In this document: positions 9,633 to 20,118 of the stretch, piece after piece
How the letters are laid out: each line of letters opens with the position of its first letter
Position numbering within the stretch: the stretch's first letter is position 1
Assembly (NCBI GenBank): GCA_035506515.1
Contig: DATJPG010000072.1
Coordinates: 2,353 to 66,352 of the forward strand
Direction: 5' to 3'
Origin: Acidobacteriota bacterium
GTDB lineage: Bacteria > Acidobacteriota > UBA6911
DNA: 64,000 bases
Program-made: the position numbers and the translations under genes
Notes under the pieces: generated by a model
The model's input: the letters and a program-made list of their open reading frames with translations, nothing else
Database searches by the model: none
What the model was told of the DNA's origin: nothing

Positions 9633-10541
9633 ATGATGGGACCGAAAAATGTGCAGCAAATCATCTTGACCCTGGAGCGGTTCTGGGACCGGCAGGGATG
9701 CGTATTGCAGCAACCATACGATGTGGAAGTCGGGGCCGGCACGATGGCTCCCGAAACATTCCTGCGAGTGCTGGGGCCGGAGCCTTATCGCGTTGCCTAT
9801 GTCATGCCTTCCAGGCGCCCGACGGACGGGCGCTATGGCGACAATCCCAACCGCGTTCAAAAGCATCACCAGTACCAGGTGATTCTGAAGCCTTCGCCGA
9901 AGAATGTTCAGGACCTTTATCTGCAGAGCCTTTCCGCTCTCGGCATCGATCTGAGAGAGCATGATCTCCGGTTTGAAGAGGACAATTGGGAATCTCCGAC
10001 TCTCGGAGCCTGGGGAATCGGGTGGCAGGTATTGCTGGATGGCCTCGAGATCACCCAATTCACCTATTTCCAGCAGGCCGGCGGGATCGATCTGGAACCC
10101 ATCAGCGCCGAAATCACCTACGGTCTGGAACGTATCGGCACCTTCATTGCGCAGGTCGACAGCATCTACGACCTGCAGTGGTCCGACACTGTCACGTATC
10201 GCGATATTCGACACCGCGAAGAAGTCGAGTTTTCCAAGTACAACTTTGAGGCAGCGAATGTGGACATGTTGTTCAAGCTTTTCTCTCTTTATGAAGAAGA
10301 GAGCAAGCGATCGTTGAACATGGACCTGGTGCTACCTGCCTACGATTATTGTTTAAAATGCTCGCACACGTTTAATCTGCTGGATTCTCGGGGAGCGATC
10401 AGCGTCACGGAGCGCGTGGGAATTATCGCCCGCGTGCGGCAACTCGCCTGCGAGGTGGCACGGCGTTATCTCGCAAGCCGGGAGAAGCAGGGATTTCCGC
10501 TGCTCGAATCGCGCAAAACGTCGCAACCCGAGCCGGCTTAG
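9633..10541 (+). CDS. glyQ: Glycine--tRNA ligase alpha subunit
   Basis: [36 protein letters not shown]. Confidence 0.97.
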   Translation: MMGPKNVQQIILTLERFWDRQGCVLQQPYDVEVGAGTMAPETFLRVLGPEPYRVAYVMPSRRPTDGRYGDNPNRVQKHHQYQVILKPSPKNVQDLYLQSLSALGIDLREHDLRFEEDNWESPTLGAWGIGWQVLLDGLEITQFTYFQQAGGIDLEPISAEITYGLERIGTFIAQVDSIYDLQWSDTVTYRDIRHREEVEFSKYNFEAANVDMLFKLFSLYEEESKRSLNMDLVLPAYDYCLKCSHTFNLLDSRGAISVTERVGIIARVRQLACEVARRYLASREKQGFPLLESRKTSQPEPA

Positions 10542-10551
10542 TTTATCAGAT

Positions 10552-12630
10552 ATGGAAAAATCCGAACTCGTTGTGGAGCTTGGGGTCGAAGAGATCCCGG
10601 CTTCAATGATTGAAGATGCAGCACGCCAACTGGCAGAGATTCTGGTGGAGTCGCTCAAGACGCAGCGGCTGCCGGTCGGAACCGTCGATCGATTGTATAC
10701 CCCGCGCCGCATCATCGCCGCGATTCGGGATATTCCCGTATGCCAAGAAGACCTGGTGGAATCTATCGTGGGGCCGCCCAAGAGCGTCGCTTACGACTCC
10801 GCGGGAAATCCTACGCGGGCGGCGCTGGCGTTCGCGCAAAAAAACGGAGTGACGGCTTCGCAACTCAAATTCGTCCAGACCCCGAAAGGCGAATATCTCT
10901 CGATCGAGCGCAAAGTCCGGGGGATGAAGACTCACAAATTACTGGAAGCACTCCTGCCCTCGGCGATCGCGAAAATTCAGTTTCCCAAAACCATGCACTG
11001 GACCGCCGACAATTTCCGCTTTGTGCGCCCGCTGCGCTGGATTGTGGCGCTGTTCGGCGGGAAGTGCGTTCGTTTTAAAATAGCGGACATTGCATCGTCC
11101 AAGTTCACGGTGGGACACCGGTTCCTGGGCAAATCGAGGATTGCGGTCTCCTCCTACGATTCTTTGAAGAACGCCCTCCGCGAGAACTCCGTTCTGGTGG
11201 ATCCGCAGGAACGGCTGGTCCGCATCAACGCAGAGCTGCTGCGCGAAGCAGAAGCCTGCGGCGGTCGTCTGTTGGAAGATCCCGAGCTTCTGAAGACGGT
11301 GGTAAATTTGAACGAGATGCCTTCTGTCATACGGGGATCGTTTGAACAGCGTTTTTTGTCGCTGCCTTCGGAAATCCTCATCACCGTCATGCGCGAACAC
11401 CAGAAGTATTTCTGCGTCATGAACGGAAAGGGCGAATTGCTGCCGGTTTTTCTGGCGGTCGTAAATCTTCAGTCGGATGCGAAAGGACTCATCCGCGTCG
11501 GGCACGAAAGAGTGTTGCGCGCGCGGCTTGCGGACGCTGCTTTTTTCTGGGATACCGATCGGAAGACGCCGCTCGGGGATCGTGAACCGTCACTCAAAAG
11601 TGTGCTTTTCCAGGAAAAGCTCGGGTCCTATTTCGACAAGACGCAACGCCTGCTCGCTCTCCTTCCCAAAGTAACGCCGATTTTGGGCAAAGGGGATCTT
11701 CTGGCAGATCTGGAACGCGCAGCTCATTTGTGCAAATGCGATTTGATCACGGAAATGGTCAAGGAATTCACCGATCTGCAGGGCGTTGTCGGCGGATTGT
11801 ATGCGCGCGCCGAGGGATTTCCCGAGACGGTCTGGCGCGCGGTATATGAACAATACAGCCCGAAATCTTCGACCGCCGCTTCACCGACTTCGGATACAGG
11901 CGCTATTCTTGCGCTCCTCGATCGCCTGGATACGGTGTGCGGCTGTTTTTGTGTCGGCCTGATTCCCTCGGGATCCGGAGATCCTTTTGCGGTCCGTCGG
12001 CAAGGAAACGGCATTCTGAAGATTGTGTTCGATCACCGATTGAGCGTTTCGCTGGATTCTCTGATCGATTGGAGTCTGCAGACTTACGGGCGAGGCTCAG
12101 ATCAGACGGCCGGGGAATTGCGGGAATTCTTCGAAGGGCGCCTGCGTTTTCTGTTCGAAGAGATGGGATTTTCGTACGATTGCGTCAATGCGATTCTCGC
12201 GGCCGGCTTTGACGATCCGCTGGACGCGCTCGAGAGACTGCGCGCGCTGCAGGCCATGCGGGAAGCTCCCGATTTCCTGTCGCTCGCTTCCAATTTCAAG
12301 CGCATTGTCAATATCGTGAGCCAGGCTGCACAGGACGGGGGGGAACTTCAGGAAGCTTTGCTCCAGGAACCGGCGGAACGCGCCTTATGGCAGGGATATC
12401 TCCGGATTCTGCCGGAGGTGCAGGCTGCGCGAAAAAGCCATGATTATGGCGCCGCCTTGCGAGCACTCGCTTCGGTGCGGGTCGTGGTCGACGAGTTTTT
12501 TAAGGAAGTCATGGTCATGGCGGAAGACGCCGCGATCCGCAGGAACAGGGTCGCTTTGTTGACGCGCATTTCGCGGCTTTTCATCAGTGTCGCCGATATT
12601 TCAAGGATCGTGATTGAAAGAAGCGCCTGA
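10552..12630 (+). CDS. glyS: Glycine--tRNA ligase beta subunit
   Basis: ELGVEEIP, TPRR, RFVRPLRW, HERVLRARLADA.FF, GSGDPFAVRR. Confidence 0.95.
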   Translation: MEKSELVVELGVEEIPASMIEDAARQLAEILVESLKTQRLPVGTVDRLYTPRRIIAAIRDIPVCQEDLVESIVGPPKSVAYDSAGNPTRAALAFAQKNGVTASQLKFVQTPKGEYLSIERKVRGMKTHKLLEALLPSAIAKIQFPKTMHWTADNFRFVRPLRWIVALFGGKCVRFKIADIASSKFTVGHRFLGKSRIAVSSYDSLKNALRENSVLVDPQERLVRINAELLREAEACGGRLLEDPELLKTVVNLNEMPSVIRGSFEQRFLSLPSEILITVMREHQKYFCVMNGKGELLPVFLAVVNLQSDAKGLIRVGHERVLRARLADAAFFWDTDRKTPLGDREPSLKSVLFQEKLGSYFDKTQRLLALLPKVTPILGKGDLLADLERAAHLCKCDLITEMVKEFTDLQGVVGGLYARAEGFPETVWRAVYEQYSPKSSTAASPTSDTGAILALLDRLDTVCGCFCVGLIPSGSGDPFAVRRQGNGILKIVFDHRLSVSLDSLIDWSLQTYGRGSDQTAGELREFFEGRLRFLFEEMGFSYDCVNAILAAGFDDPLDALERLRALQAMREAPDFLSLASNFKRIVNIVSQAAQDGGELQEALLQEPAERALWQGYLRILPEVQAARKSHDYGAALRALASVRVVVDEFFKEVMVMAEDAAIRRNRVALLTRISRLFISVADISRIVIERSA

Positions 12631-12829
12631 TGCGTATTCCACGTCGGTTGTATAGTGGTTTGCTTTGATATTGTTCGAGTCTTCCGGCTTCGACGCCGGA
12701 GAGCTGCAATAATTTCAAAGCGATTGATTCAAACGGGGGAAAGGCGTTTGCAGAAGCGTTTTTCCCAGTGGTAGATTCATAACAATCCGGATGATGCCGG
12801 CCGGCGTTGTCCAATTTGAGGAATGAAAG

Positions 12830-14146
12830 ATGATCTCCAAAGGACAGAAAATCGAGCCTGCGCAGGGAAAGCTGGGCGTTGTGATTCCCGGGATGGGCGC
12901 TGTCACCTCGACGTTTATTGCAGGAGTGGAAGCTGTTAAGAAGGGCTATGCGAAGCCGATCGGATCGCTCACGCAAATGGGGACGATCCGCTTGGGCAAG
13001 CGGACAGACAACCGTATCCCCAAAATTAAGGACTTTATATCGCTTGCTTCACTCGACGACCTGGTATTTGGAGGATGGGACATATTCTCCGACAACATAT
13101 ACCAGGCCGCGGCCAATGCCGGAGTCCTGGAACGCAGTCTGATTGACAGCATCCGTCCCGAGTTGGAATCCATCAGCCCATGGCCTGCAGCGTTCGACAA
13201 AGCCTATGTCAGGCGGCTGGATGGAACCAACGTGAAAAAGGCTGCCAATAAAATGGAGCTCGCGGAGATGGTTCAGGAAGACATCAAGAATTTCCAGAAG
13301 AAGAACAACCTGTCCCGCACCGTGATGGTCTGGTGCGGCAGCACGGAAATTTTCCTGAAACCCGCCGCCGTGCATCAAACCGTTGAGAGCTTTGAGCAGG
13401 GTTTGGCGAAAAACGATCCCGACATCGCGCCCAGCATGGTCTATGCCTATAGTGCGATCAAATCCGGTATCCCTTACGCCAACGGGGCGCCCAATCTTTC
13501 GGGAGATATTCCCGCTCTCATGAAGCTCGCCAAAGAACGGAACGTTCCCATTTGCGGCAAGGATTTCAAGACCGGGCAGACCCTCATGAAAACCATTCTC
13601 GCGCCCGGGTTGAAAGCCAGGCTGATCGGGCTTAACGGCTGGTTTTCGACGAACATCCTGGGAAACCGTGACGGAGAGGTTCTGGACGATCCGGCATCAT
13701 TCAAGACCAAGGAAGAAAGCAAGCTTTCGGTCCTCGAGCACATTCTTCAGCCGAAGCTGTATCCGGATCTTTATTCCAACTATACGCACAAAGTCCGCAT
13801 CAACTACTATCCGCCAAGGGGGGACAACAAAGAGGGCTGGGATAACATAGACATTTTCGGTTGGCTCGGCTATCCCATGCAGATCAAAGTCGACTTCCTC
13901 TGCCGTGACTCGATTCTTGCGGCGCCCATCGTGCTGGATCTCATTCTGTTCCTCGATCTGGCCAAGCGGTGCGGAATGAGCGGCATTCAGGAATGGCTAT
14001 CCTTCTACTTTAAAAGCCCGATGTGCGCACCGGAACTCTATCCGGAGCACGACCTGTTCATCCAGCTGATGAAGCTTAAAAACACGCTGCGCTATTTAAA
14101 GGGGGAAGAGCTGATTACCCATCTGGGATTGGAATACTACGATTAA
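12830..14146 (+). CDS. ino1: myo-inositol-1-phosphate synthase
   Basis: GMGAVTST, FGGWD, GKDFKTGQT, ILGNRDG, GDNKEGWD, CRDSILAAP. Confidence 0.92.
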   Translation: MISKGQKIEPAQGKLGVVIPGMGAVTSTFIAGVEAVKKGYAKPIGSLTQMGTIRLGKRTDNRIPKIKDFISLASLDDLVFGGWDIFSDNIYQAAANAGVLERSLIDSIRPELESISPWPAAFDKAYVRRLDGTNVKKAANKMELAEMVQEDIKNFQKKNNLSRTVMVWCGSTEIFLKPAAVHQTVESFEQGLAKNDPDIAPSMVYAYSAIKSGIPYANGAPNLSGDIPALMKLAKERNVPICGKDFKTGQTLMKTILAPGLKARLIGLNGWFSTNILGNRDGEVLDDPASFKTKEESKLSVLEHILQPKLYPDLYSNYTHKVRINYYPPRGDNKEGWDNIDIFGWLGYPMQIKVDFLCRDSILAAPIVLDLILFLDLAKRCGMSGIQEWLSFYFKSPMCAPELYPEHDLFIQLMKLKNTLRYLKGEELITHLGLEYYD

Positions 14147-14157
14147 TCATGCAGGAT

Positions 14158-14209
14158 CGTCGATGGACCGCTGAGAACGCGGGAGTGTTCTTCAGCCGGT
14201 CCATCGACG
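14158..14209. terminator. Long hairpin between convergent ino1 and ppdK
   Basis: Perfect 13-bp arms CGTCGATGGACCG / CGGTCCATCGACG plus inner CTGA.GAAC/GTTC.TCAG pairing. Confidence 0.65.
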
Positions 14210-14216
14210 GATTGTA

Positions 14217-16991
14217 TTAAGCGGTGTGCGAGATTGTCTGCTCCGAACCCAGAGCCGCCTGCGCCGCAGCCAGCCGCGCAATGGGCACGCGGTACGGCGA
14301 GCAGGATACATAGTTGAGTCCGACGCTGTGGCAGAAGATGACGGAAGAGGGCTCTCCGCCGTGCTCGCCGCAGATTCCGACTTTCAGTTCCGGCCTGGTC
14401 TTTCTTCCACGTTCCGTCCCCATGCGCACGAGCTGGCCGACCCCTTCCTGATCCAAAACCTGAAATGGATCATCCTTGAAAATTTGGTGCTCGATATAGA
14501 AGGGAAGGAACTTGCCCGAATCATCGCGGGAAATTCCGTAGGTTGTCTGCGTCAGATCGTTCGTTCCGAACGAGAAGAATTCGGCGGTTTCCGCGATGCG
14601 GTCCGCGGTCAGCGCTGCGCGCGGCAATTCGATCATGGTTCCGACAAGAAATTCCACGCTTTGACCGCTCTTGGCGCAGACTTCGGCCGCGACTCTGCGC
14701 ACGGTTTCGCCCTGCAGCCTCAATTCCTTCACATCCGCAACCAGGGGAATCATAACCTCCGGCAGCACCTTGACTCCTTTTTTCTGCATGTTGACAGCGG
14801 CCTGGAAAATCGCCTGAGCCTGCATCTCCGTTATCTCGGGGAAAACGACTCCGAGGCGGCATCCCCGATGCCCTAGCATGGGATTGGCTTCATGGAGGGA
14901 CTGCACCGTGTTCCACAGGCTCTTGGCATTGACCTTCAGCTTGCGCGCAAGCTTGCGGGTTTCTTCTTCGCCGTGCGGCAGGAATTCATGGAGTGGCGGA
15001 TCCAGAGTCCTGATCGTGACCGGAAGCCCGTCCATGGCTTTGAATATGCCCTCGAAATCCTTTCGCTGGAGCTTGAGAAGCTCGCTGAGGCCGCCCTTGT
15101 ACAATCGTTTGGGTTCCTCCATCTCCTTTTTGAACTTCTTGCGGCTTTCCTGAAGCTCTTTGCGTTTCTTGGGAGATGCCGCGCGACTCAATTCAAGCTC
15201 CACGGCATTCAGTTCGCGCTCCAACCGCTTGAATTCCAGAGATCCGAGAATCATCTGGCGCACGTGGTCGATGCGGTCGCCGGCAAAGAACATATGTTCC
15301 GTTCGGCACAGGCCGATGCCCTCGGCGCCAAAAGACCGCGCCACGGCTGCGTCGCCGGGAGTATCCGCGTTGGTGCGAACTTTCAGCCTGCGCACTTTGT
15401 CGGCCCACTGCATTAGCTGGCGGAAATCGGCTCCCAATTCCGGGTCGATCAGCGGGGCCAGGCCGAGGGTCACATTTCCGCTGGTTCCGTCCACCGTAAT
15501 CCAGTCGCCGCGGGAAACGCGCACACCGTTAACGGTAAATTCATTCTTGGCGTAATTGATTGCGACTTCTCCTGCGCCCACGATGCAGGGTTTGCCCCAG
15601 CCGCGTGCAACGACAGCGGCATGGCTTGTTGGGCCTCCCGTAGAGGTGAGAATAGCCTGTGCCGCATCCATTCCGCGAACATCTTCCGGGGAAGTCTCGC
15701 GCCGCACGAGAATCACGCGTTCTCCTTTTTCCTTCCACAGCTCCGCTTCCTTTGGAGTGAACACGACACGGCCGGAAGCCGCACCGGGACTCGCATTGAT
15801 GCCTTTGGTGAGAACATTCAGCTTGGCCTTCGGATCGATCATTTTGTGTAGTAGCTGATCGAGGTCTCCTGCGGGAATTCGCATGATCGCCGTGCGTTCG
15901 TCGATCACTCCTTCCCGGACCATTTCGACTGCAATCCGGACTCCTGCCGGCCCCGTTCGCTTCCCGTTCCGGGTTTGCAGCATCCAAAGTTTCCCGCGCT
16001 CGACGGTAAATTCCAGATCCTGCATATCGCGATAGTGACGTTCGAGGCGTTCTGCCACCTGCACGAACTGCTCATAAATTTCCGGCATGTCCTGTTTGAG
16101 TTCGTCGATGTGTTTTGGCGTGCGAATGCCGGCGACCACGTCTTCCCCTTGAGCATTGGCTAAATAATCGCCAAACAGCTTTTTCTCTCCTGTCGCCGGG
16201 TTTCGCGTGAAGGCCACTCCCGTTCCGGAATCGTCGCCCATGTTGCCGAACACCATCGTGACGATGTTTACCGCGGTTCCGAGATTATCCGGGATCTTCT
16301 CGCGGCGCCGGTAGGCGATCGCGCGATCGCCGTTCCAGGAGCGAAAGACGGCCTTGATGGCTTCTTCCAGTTGCTGATAGGGATCCGAGGGGAACTCCGA
16401 GCCGGTTTCCGTTTTGACGATTTTCTTAAACTCATTGCATACGGCTGCAAGGTTTTCAGCGTTCAGGTCGGTATCGGCCTTTGCGCCGGCGCCCTTCTTG
16501 ATCTTATCGAGAGCGTGCTCGAACAATTCTCCGTCTACACCCAACACGATTTTTCCGAACATCTGGATGAACCTGCGATAGGCATCCAAGGCGAATCTTT
16601 CATTCGCGGTCAGGCTGGCGAGACCGCGGACCGTTTCTTCATTCAAACCCAGATTGAGAACCGTGTCCATCATGCCCGGCATCGAGAATTTGGCGCCGGA
16701 TCGCACGGAGACAAGCAGAGGATTCGATAAATTTCCAAATTCCTTCCCGGTGGAATTTTCGACTTTTTTAAGAGCGGATAGAACCTGGTTCCACATCCCA
16801 TCGGGGAATTGCGCTCCGCCGGAATAATACGAGTTACACGCTTCTGTGGTTATGGTGAAACCCGGAGGCACCGGAAGCCCTGCATTGGTCATCTCGGCGA
16901 GCCCTGCACCTTTTCCGCCGAGAAGATCTTTCATATTGCCGTTTCCGTCGGCTTTCCCATCAGCAAATAAATAGACATATTTTGTCGACAT
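14217..16991 (-). CDS. ppdK: Pyruvate, phosphate dikinase
   Basis: LLGGKGAGLAEM, SVRSGA..SMPGMM, GGPTSHAAVVARG (catalytic His), GLCRTEHMF, FSFGTNDLTQ, GICGEHGG. Confidence 0.97.
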   Translation of the reverse strand: MSTKYVYLFADGKADGNGNMKDLLGGKGAGLAEMTNAGLPVPPGFTITTEACNSYYSGGAQFPDGMWNQVLSALKKVENSTGKEFGNLSNPLLVSVRSGAKFSMPGMMDTVLNLGLNEETVRGLASLTANERFALDAYRRFIQMFGKIVLGVDGELFEHALDKIKKGAGAKADTDLNAENLAAVCNEFKKIVKTETGSEFPSDPYQQLEEAIKAVFRSWNGDRAIAYRRREKIPDNLGTAVNIVTMVFGNMGDDSGTGVAFTRNPATGEKKLFGDYLANAQGEDVVAGIRTPKHIDELKQDMPEIYEQFVQVAERLERHYRDMQDLEFTVERGKLWMLQTRNGKRTGPAGVRIAVEMVREGVIDERTAIMRIPAGDLDQLLHKMIDPKAKLNVLTKGINASPGAASGRVVFTPKEAELWKEKGERVILVRRETSPEDVRGMDAAQAILTSTGGPTSHAAVVARGWGKPCIVGAGEVAINYAKNEFTVNGVRVSRGDWITVDGTSGNVTLGLAPLIDPELGADFRQLMQWADKVRRLKVRTNADTPGDAAVARSFGAEGIGLCRTEHMFFAGDRIDHVRQMILGSLEFKRLERELNAVELELSRAASPKKRKELQESRKKFKKEMEEPKRLYKGGLSELLKLQRKDFEGIFKAMDGLPVTIRTLDPPLHEFLPHGEEETRKLARKLKVNAKSLWNTVQSLHEANPMLGHRGCRLGVVFPEITEMQAQAIFQAAVNMQKKGVKVLPEVMIPLVADVKELRLQGETVRRVAAEVCAKSGQSVEFLVGTMIELPRAALTADRIAETAEFFSFGTNDLTQTTYGISRDDSGKFLPFYIEHQIFKDDPFQVLDQEGVGQLVRMGTERGRKTRPELKVGICGEHGGEPSSVIFCHSVGLNYVSCSPYRVPIARLAAAQAALGSEQTISHTA

Positions 16992-17148
16992 GCATCATCT
17001 CCTGCATTAAACGTTCTCTGCCGTCATGAACACACAATTTTTTAATGATACATCAAAACGGCATGCCGATCATTATCTGAATGGCGTGATTCCGAAGGCT
17101 GGGTAATCGGATTTAGGCTTGTTTTGATCGGAGAGGAGGAATTTTCCC

Positions 17149-17200
17149 CAGCCTGGGTCCGCCCGCCCCGGCGAACCGGAGCGAATCGGGCCGCAGGCTG
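17149..17200. other. GC-rich ~52-nt imperfect hairpin between lpxD and ppdK
   Basis: CAGCCTG...CCGG-cgaa-CCGG...CAGGCTG nested pairing; UUCG loop on the transcribed (minus) strand. Confidence 0.45.
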
Positions 17201-17250
17201 AGTTTAGCTTCTCGAATAGCCTAACCCGCTTATCGGCAGGTCTGCGGCCT

Positions 17251-18297
17251 TTATTCAGATTTTTTTGACAGTTTTGGGCCGGCGTTTTCCTTGAGTCCCT
17301 GAACCTCGCGCTCAAGCTCGCGAATTCTTCGCATCAGATTCGGCAGTTTCGGAAATGCGACAACGGCGCGCAACCAGGCCGCATTTTCGAAAGCGGGAGA
17401 ACCGGACACCATGGCACCGGCAGGGACATCATGCGAAGTCCCGCTCTGAGCGGTGATGATCGCCTTGTCGCCAATTTCGGTATGCCCGGCAAATCCGACC
17501 TGTCCGCCCACCCAGACTCCGTTCCCGATGCGTGTGGATCCGGCGACGCCAACCTGGGCAGCCAGAACGGAGTGTTCGCCTACTTGCGAACCATGTCCGA
17601 TCTGCACCAGATTGTCGAGCTTCGCGCCGCGCCGAACGACCGTGTCGCCGACCGCGGCCCGATCGACCGTCGTGTTAGCGCCGATCTCCACATCATCCTC
17701 AATGACGACACAGCCGGTCTGGCAGATTTTATAAAACATCCCGTCCTTGGTCGGTGCAAACCCAAACCCATCGCTGCCGATCACGGCCCCGTTCTGCAGT
17801 ATGACGCGATTTCCGATCCGGCAAGATTCCCTGATCACGGCAAAGGAGTGCAGCACGGATCCAGCCCCGACCGTCACATCCGGATACAATACCACATGCG
17901 GATACAGCACTACGGCGTCGCCGACTTTGCATCCTTTGCCCACAACCGAATAGGCCCCGATGCATGCATCCCGGCCGATCTCCGCATCGTCGGCGATCAC
18001 GGCCGTCGGATGGATTCCGGGAGAAGGCGGCGCGGGAACGAAGAAGATCTCCAGGGCGCGCGCGAAAGCGAGATAGGGGTCGTCTGTGCGCAGGCTCGGC
18101 ATCGATACCGGCGGGATGTCCTCACCAAGAATAATTGCAGTCGCCTTCGTTTGGGGAATATGGCTGATATATTTTCGGTTTGAAACGAACGTAAGGTCTC
18201 CCGCGCGGGCTTCATCGATGCCCGCAACGCGAACAACCTCCACATCCTCTCCGGCCAGGCGGCAACCGATTTTTTGCGCGATCTGTGAGAGTTTCAT
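17251..18297 (-). CDS. lpxD: UDP-3-O-acylglucosamine N-acyltransferase
   Basis: N-terminal LTFVSN.KY, hexapeptide repeats, GSDGFGF, DDVEIGANTTVDR, KLDNLVQIGH. Confidence 0.95.
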   Translation of the reverse strand: MKLSQIAQKIGCRLAGEDVEVVRVAGIDEARAGDLTFVSNRKYISHIPQTKATAIILGEDIPPVSMPSLRTDDPYLAFARALEIFFVPAPPSPGIHPTAVIADDAEIGRDACIGAYSVVGKGCKVGDAVVLYPHVVLYPDVTVGAGSVLHSFAVIRESCRIGNRVILQNGAVIGSDGFGFAPTKDGMFYKICQTGCVVIEDDVEIGANTTVDRAAVGDTVVRRGAKLDNLVQIGHGSQVGEHSVLAAQVGVAGSTRIGNGVWVGGQVGFAGHTEIGDKAIITAQSGTSHDVPAGAMVSGSPAFENAAWLRAVVAFPKLPNLMRRIRELEREVQGLKENAGPKLSKKSE

Positions 18298-18510
18298 GGC
18301 AGCAGAGACCGACTCCTTGAACGACAGGTTATCCTGTCATTACCGGGCTTCCGGAAATCGGTATTTCCGGTTCCCTCATTTGTGCCGTAAATCCGGCAGT
18401 TCCGCAACATGCGACAATTCAAGATGTTGCCGCATAAAACAGCTATGGTAGTATTAGGCACCCGCAGGCGTCAAGGAGAGGCTGTTTTGGAATTCTCGCA
18501 GAATTCGGGC

Positions 18511-20118
18511 ATGCAAAAACAGGAAGAGCTTCGCGCGCCCGAAGGCGGCATAACGCGCGCCGCTTTCTCGATAGGAATTGCCGTATCGATCAGCCGCATC
18601 CTGGGCCTCGTTCGTGAAATGGTGGTGGCCCGGTATTTCGGAGCCGGGCTCCATACGGATGCGTTCAATGTAGCCTACAGAATCCCGAACCTGTTGCGCG
18701 ATCTTTTTGCGGAAGGCGCGCTGAGCTCTGCCTTTGTACCGACGTTCATCCGTCGCCTGACCCAGGATGGCAAGGAACAGGCCTGGTTGCTTGCCAATCG
18801 ACTATTGAACGGCCTCCTCGTCATTTTGGGCGCACTGACGCTGATCTTTTTTTTCGGTGCGAGGCTTTTTGTATATCTGCTGGCCTCCGGATATGCTTCG
18901 ATCCCCGAAAAATTCGAACTCACCGTGCAGATGACGCGAATCATGTCGCCATTTCTCCTGTGCGTTTCGTTCGCCGCGGTGGGCATGGGATTGCTCAATG
19001 CCTGCGGCCGGTTTTTCGTGCCGGCGATGGCTTCGTCGGCTTTTAATCTCTGCTGTATCCTCGCAGGGATTTTTTTATCCCCGCTGATGCCGCACTGGGG
19101 CGTGCCGCCCATCATTTCAATGGCGATCGGTGCCCTCGCGGGCGGGATGAGCCAGTTTCTGGTCATGATCCCATCCGCCCATGCCGCAGGTTTTCGCTAT
19201 CGCTTCGTCCTTGATTTTTCGGACCCGGGTCTTCGGCGCATTGCGCGCCTCATGCTTCCGGCCGTGATTGGCCTGTCCGCCACGCAGATAAACATCGTCG
19301 TCGATTCGCAGATTGCCTCCCTTTTTGGAAACGGCCCGGTCTCCTGGCTGAATTACGGATTTAGAATCATCCAATTTCCAATCGGCGTATTCGGAATCGC
19401 CATCGCCACGAGTACGTTGACGGCGGTTTCGCGCTACGCGGCAATGAATGCGAAAGAGAAGCTTGTTCAGGCCGTCGATTCCAGCCTCAAGCTCGCGGCC
19501 TGCCTGACATTTCCCGCATCGGTCGGTCTGATCATTTTCCGCCGCGAGATTGTGCAGCTGCTCTACGAGGGCGGATTGTTCCTGCCTGAGCATACTTTAA
19601 AAACCAGCCAGGTCGTATTGATGTACGCGCTCGGTTTATTCGCATACTCTGCCGTCAAAATACTGGTTCCGGTCTTCTACGCTCTGGATGACGCGCGCAC
19701 GCCGGTTCGTACGAGTCTGGTCAGCGTAGCTGCCAAAATTGCTCTCAATTTCGCATTTATCATTCCGCTCGGATTTCTAGGATTGCCCCTGGCAACGTCT
19801 GTGGCTTCCGTGCTCAATCTGGGACTTCTGCTGCGGCGATTCCGACAACACGCGGGCGGCTCTGCCATCCGAGGAGTTGCCGCTTCTTATTTTCGGATCG
19901 GCCTGGCTTCCGTCATGATGGGAGGATTGTCCTTGCTCGTTTTCCACGGGACCGGAGCGCTTTTCCCCGCATCGACTCATCTCGGCCAGCACCTGAGGCT
20001 TGGGTTGGCCATCCTGGTCGGCTTTGCATCGCTCTTCCCGCTGTTTCAAATGCTCCGAGTTCAGGAAGCGAAGGAAATGTATCGCATTGCAGGCCTGCTG
20101 CTGAGGAAGATCCGATGA
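18511..20118 (+). CDS. murJ: Lipid II flippase MurJ (MviN)
   Basis: [38 protein letters not shown]; about 14 TM segments. Confidence 0.95.
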   Translation: MQKQEELRAPEGGITRAAFSIGIAVSISRILGLVREMVVARYFGAGLHTDAFNVAYRIPNLLRDLFAEGALSSAFVPTFIRRLTQDGKEQAWLLANRLLNGLLVILGALTLIFFFGARLFVYLLASGYASIPEKFELTVQMTRIMSPFLLCVSFAAVGMGLLNACGRFFVPAMASSAFNLCCILAGIFLSPLMPHWGVPPIISMAIGALAGGMSQFLVMIPSAHAAGFRYRFVLDFSDPGLRRIARLMLPAVIGLSATQINIVVDSQIASLFGNGPVSWLNYGFRIIQFPIGVFGIAIATSTLTAVSRYAAMNAKEKLVQAVDSSLKLAACLTFPASVGLIIFRREIVQLLYEGGLFLPEHTLKTSQVVLMYALGLFAYSAVKILVPVFYALDDARTPVRTSLVSVAAKIALNFAFIIPLGFLGLPLATSVASVLNLGLLLRRFRQHAGGSAIRGVAASYFRIGLASVMMGGLSLLVFHGTGALFPASTHLGQHLRLGLAILVGFASLFPLFQMLRVQEAKEMYRIAGLLLRKIR

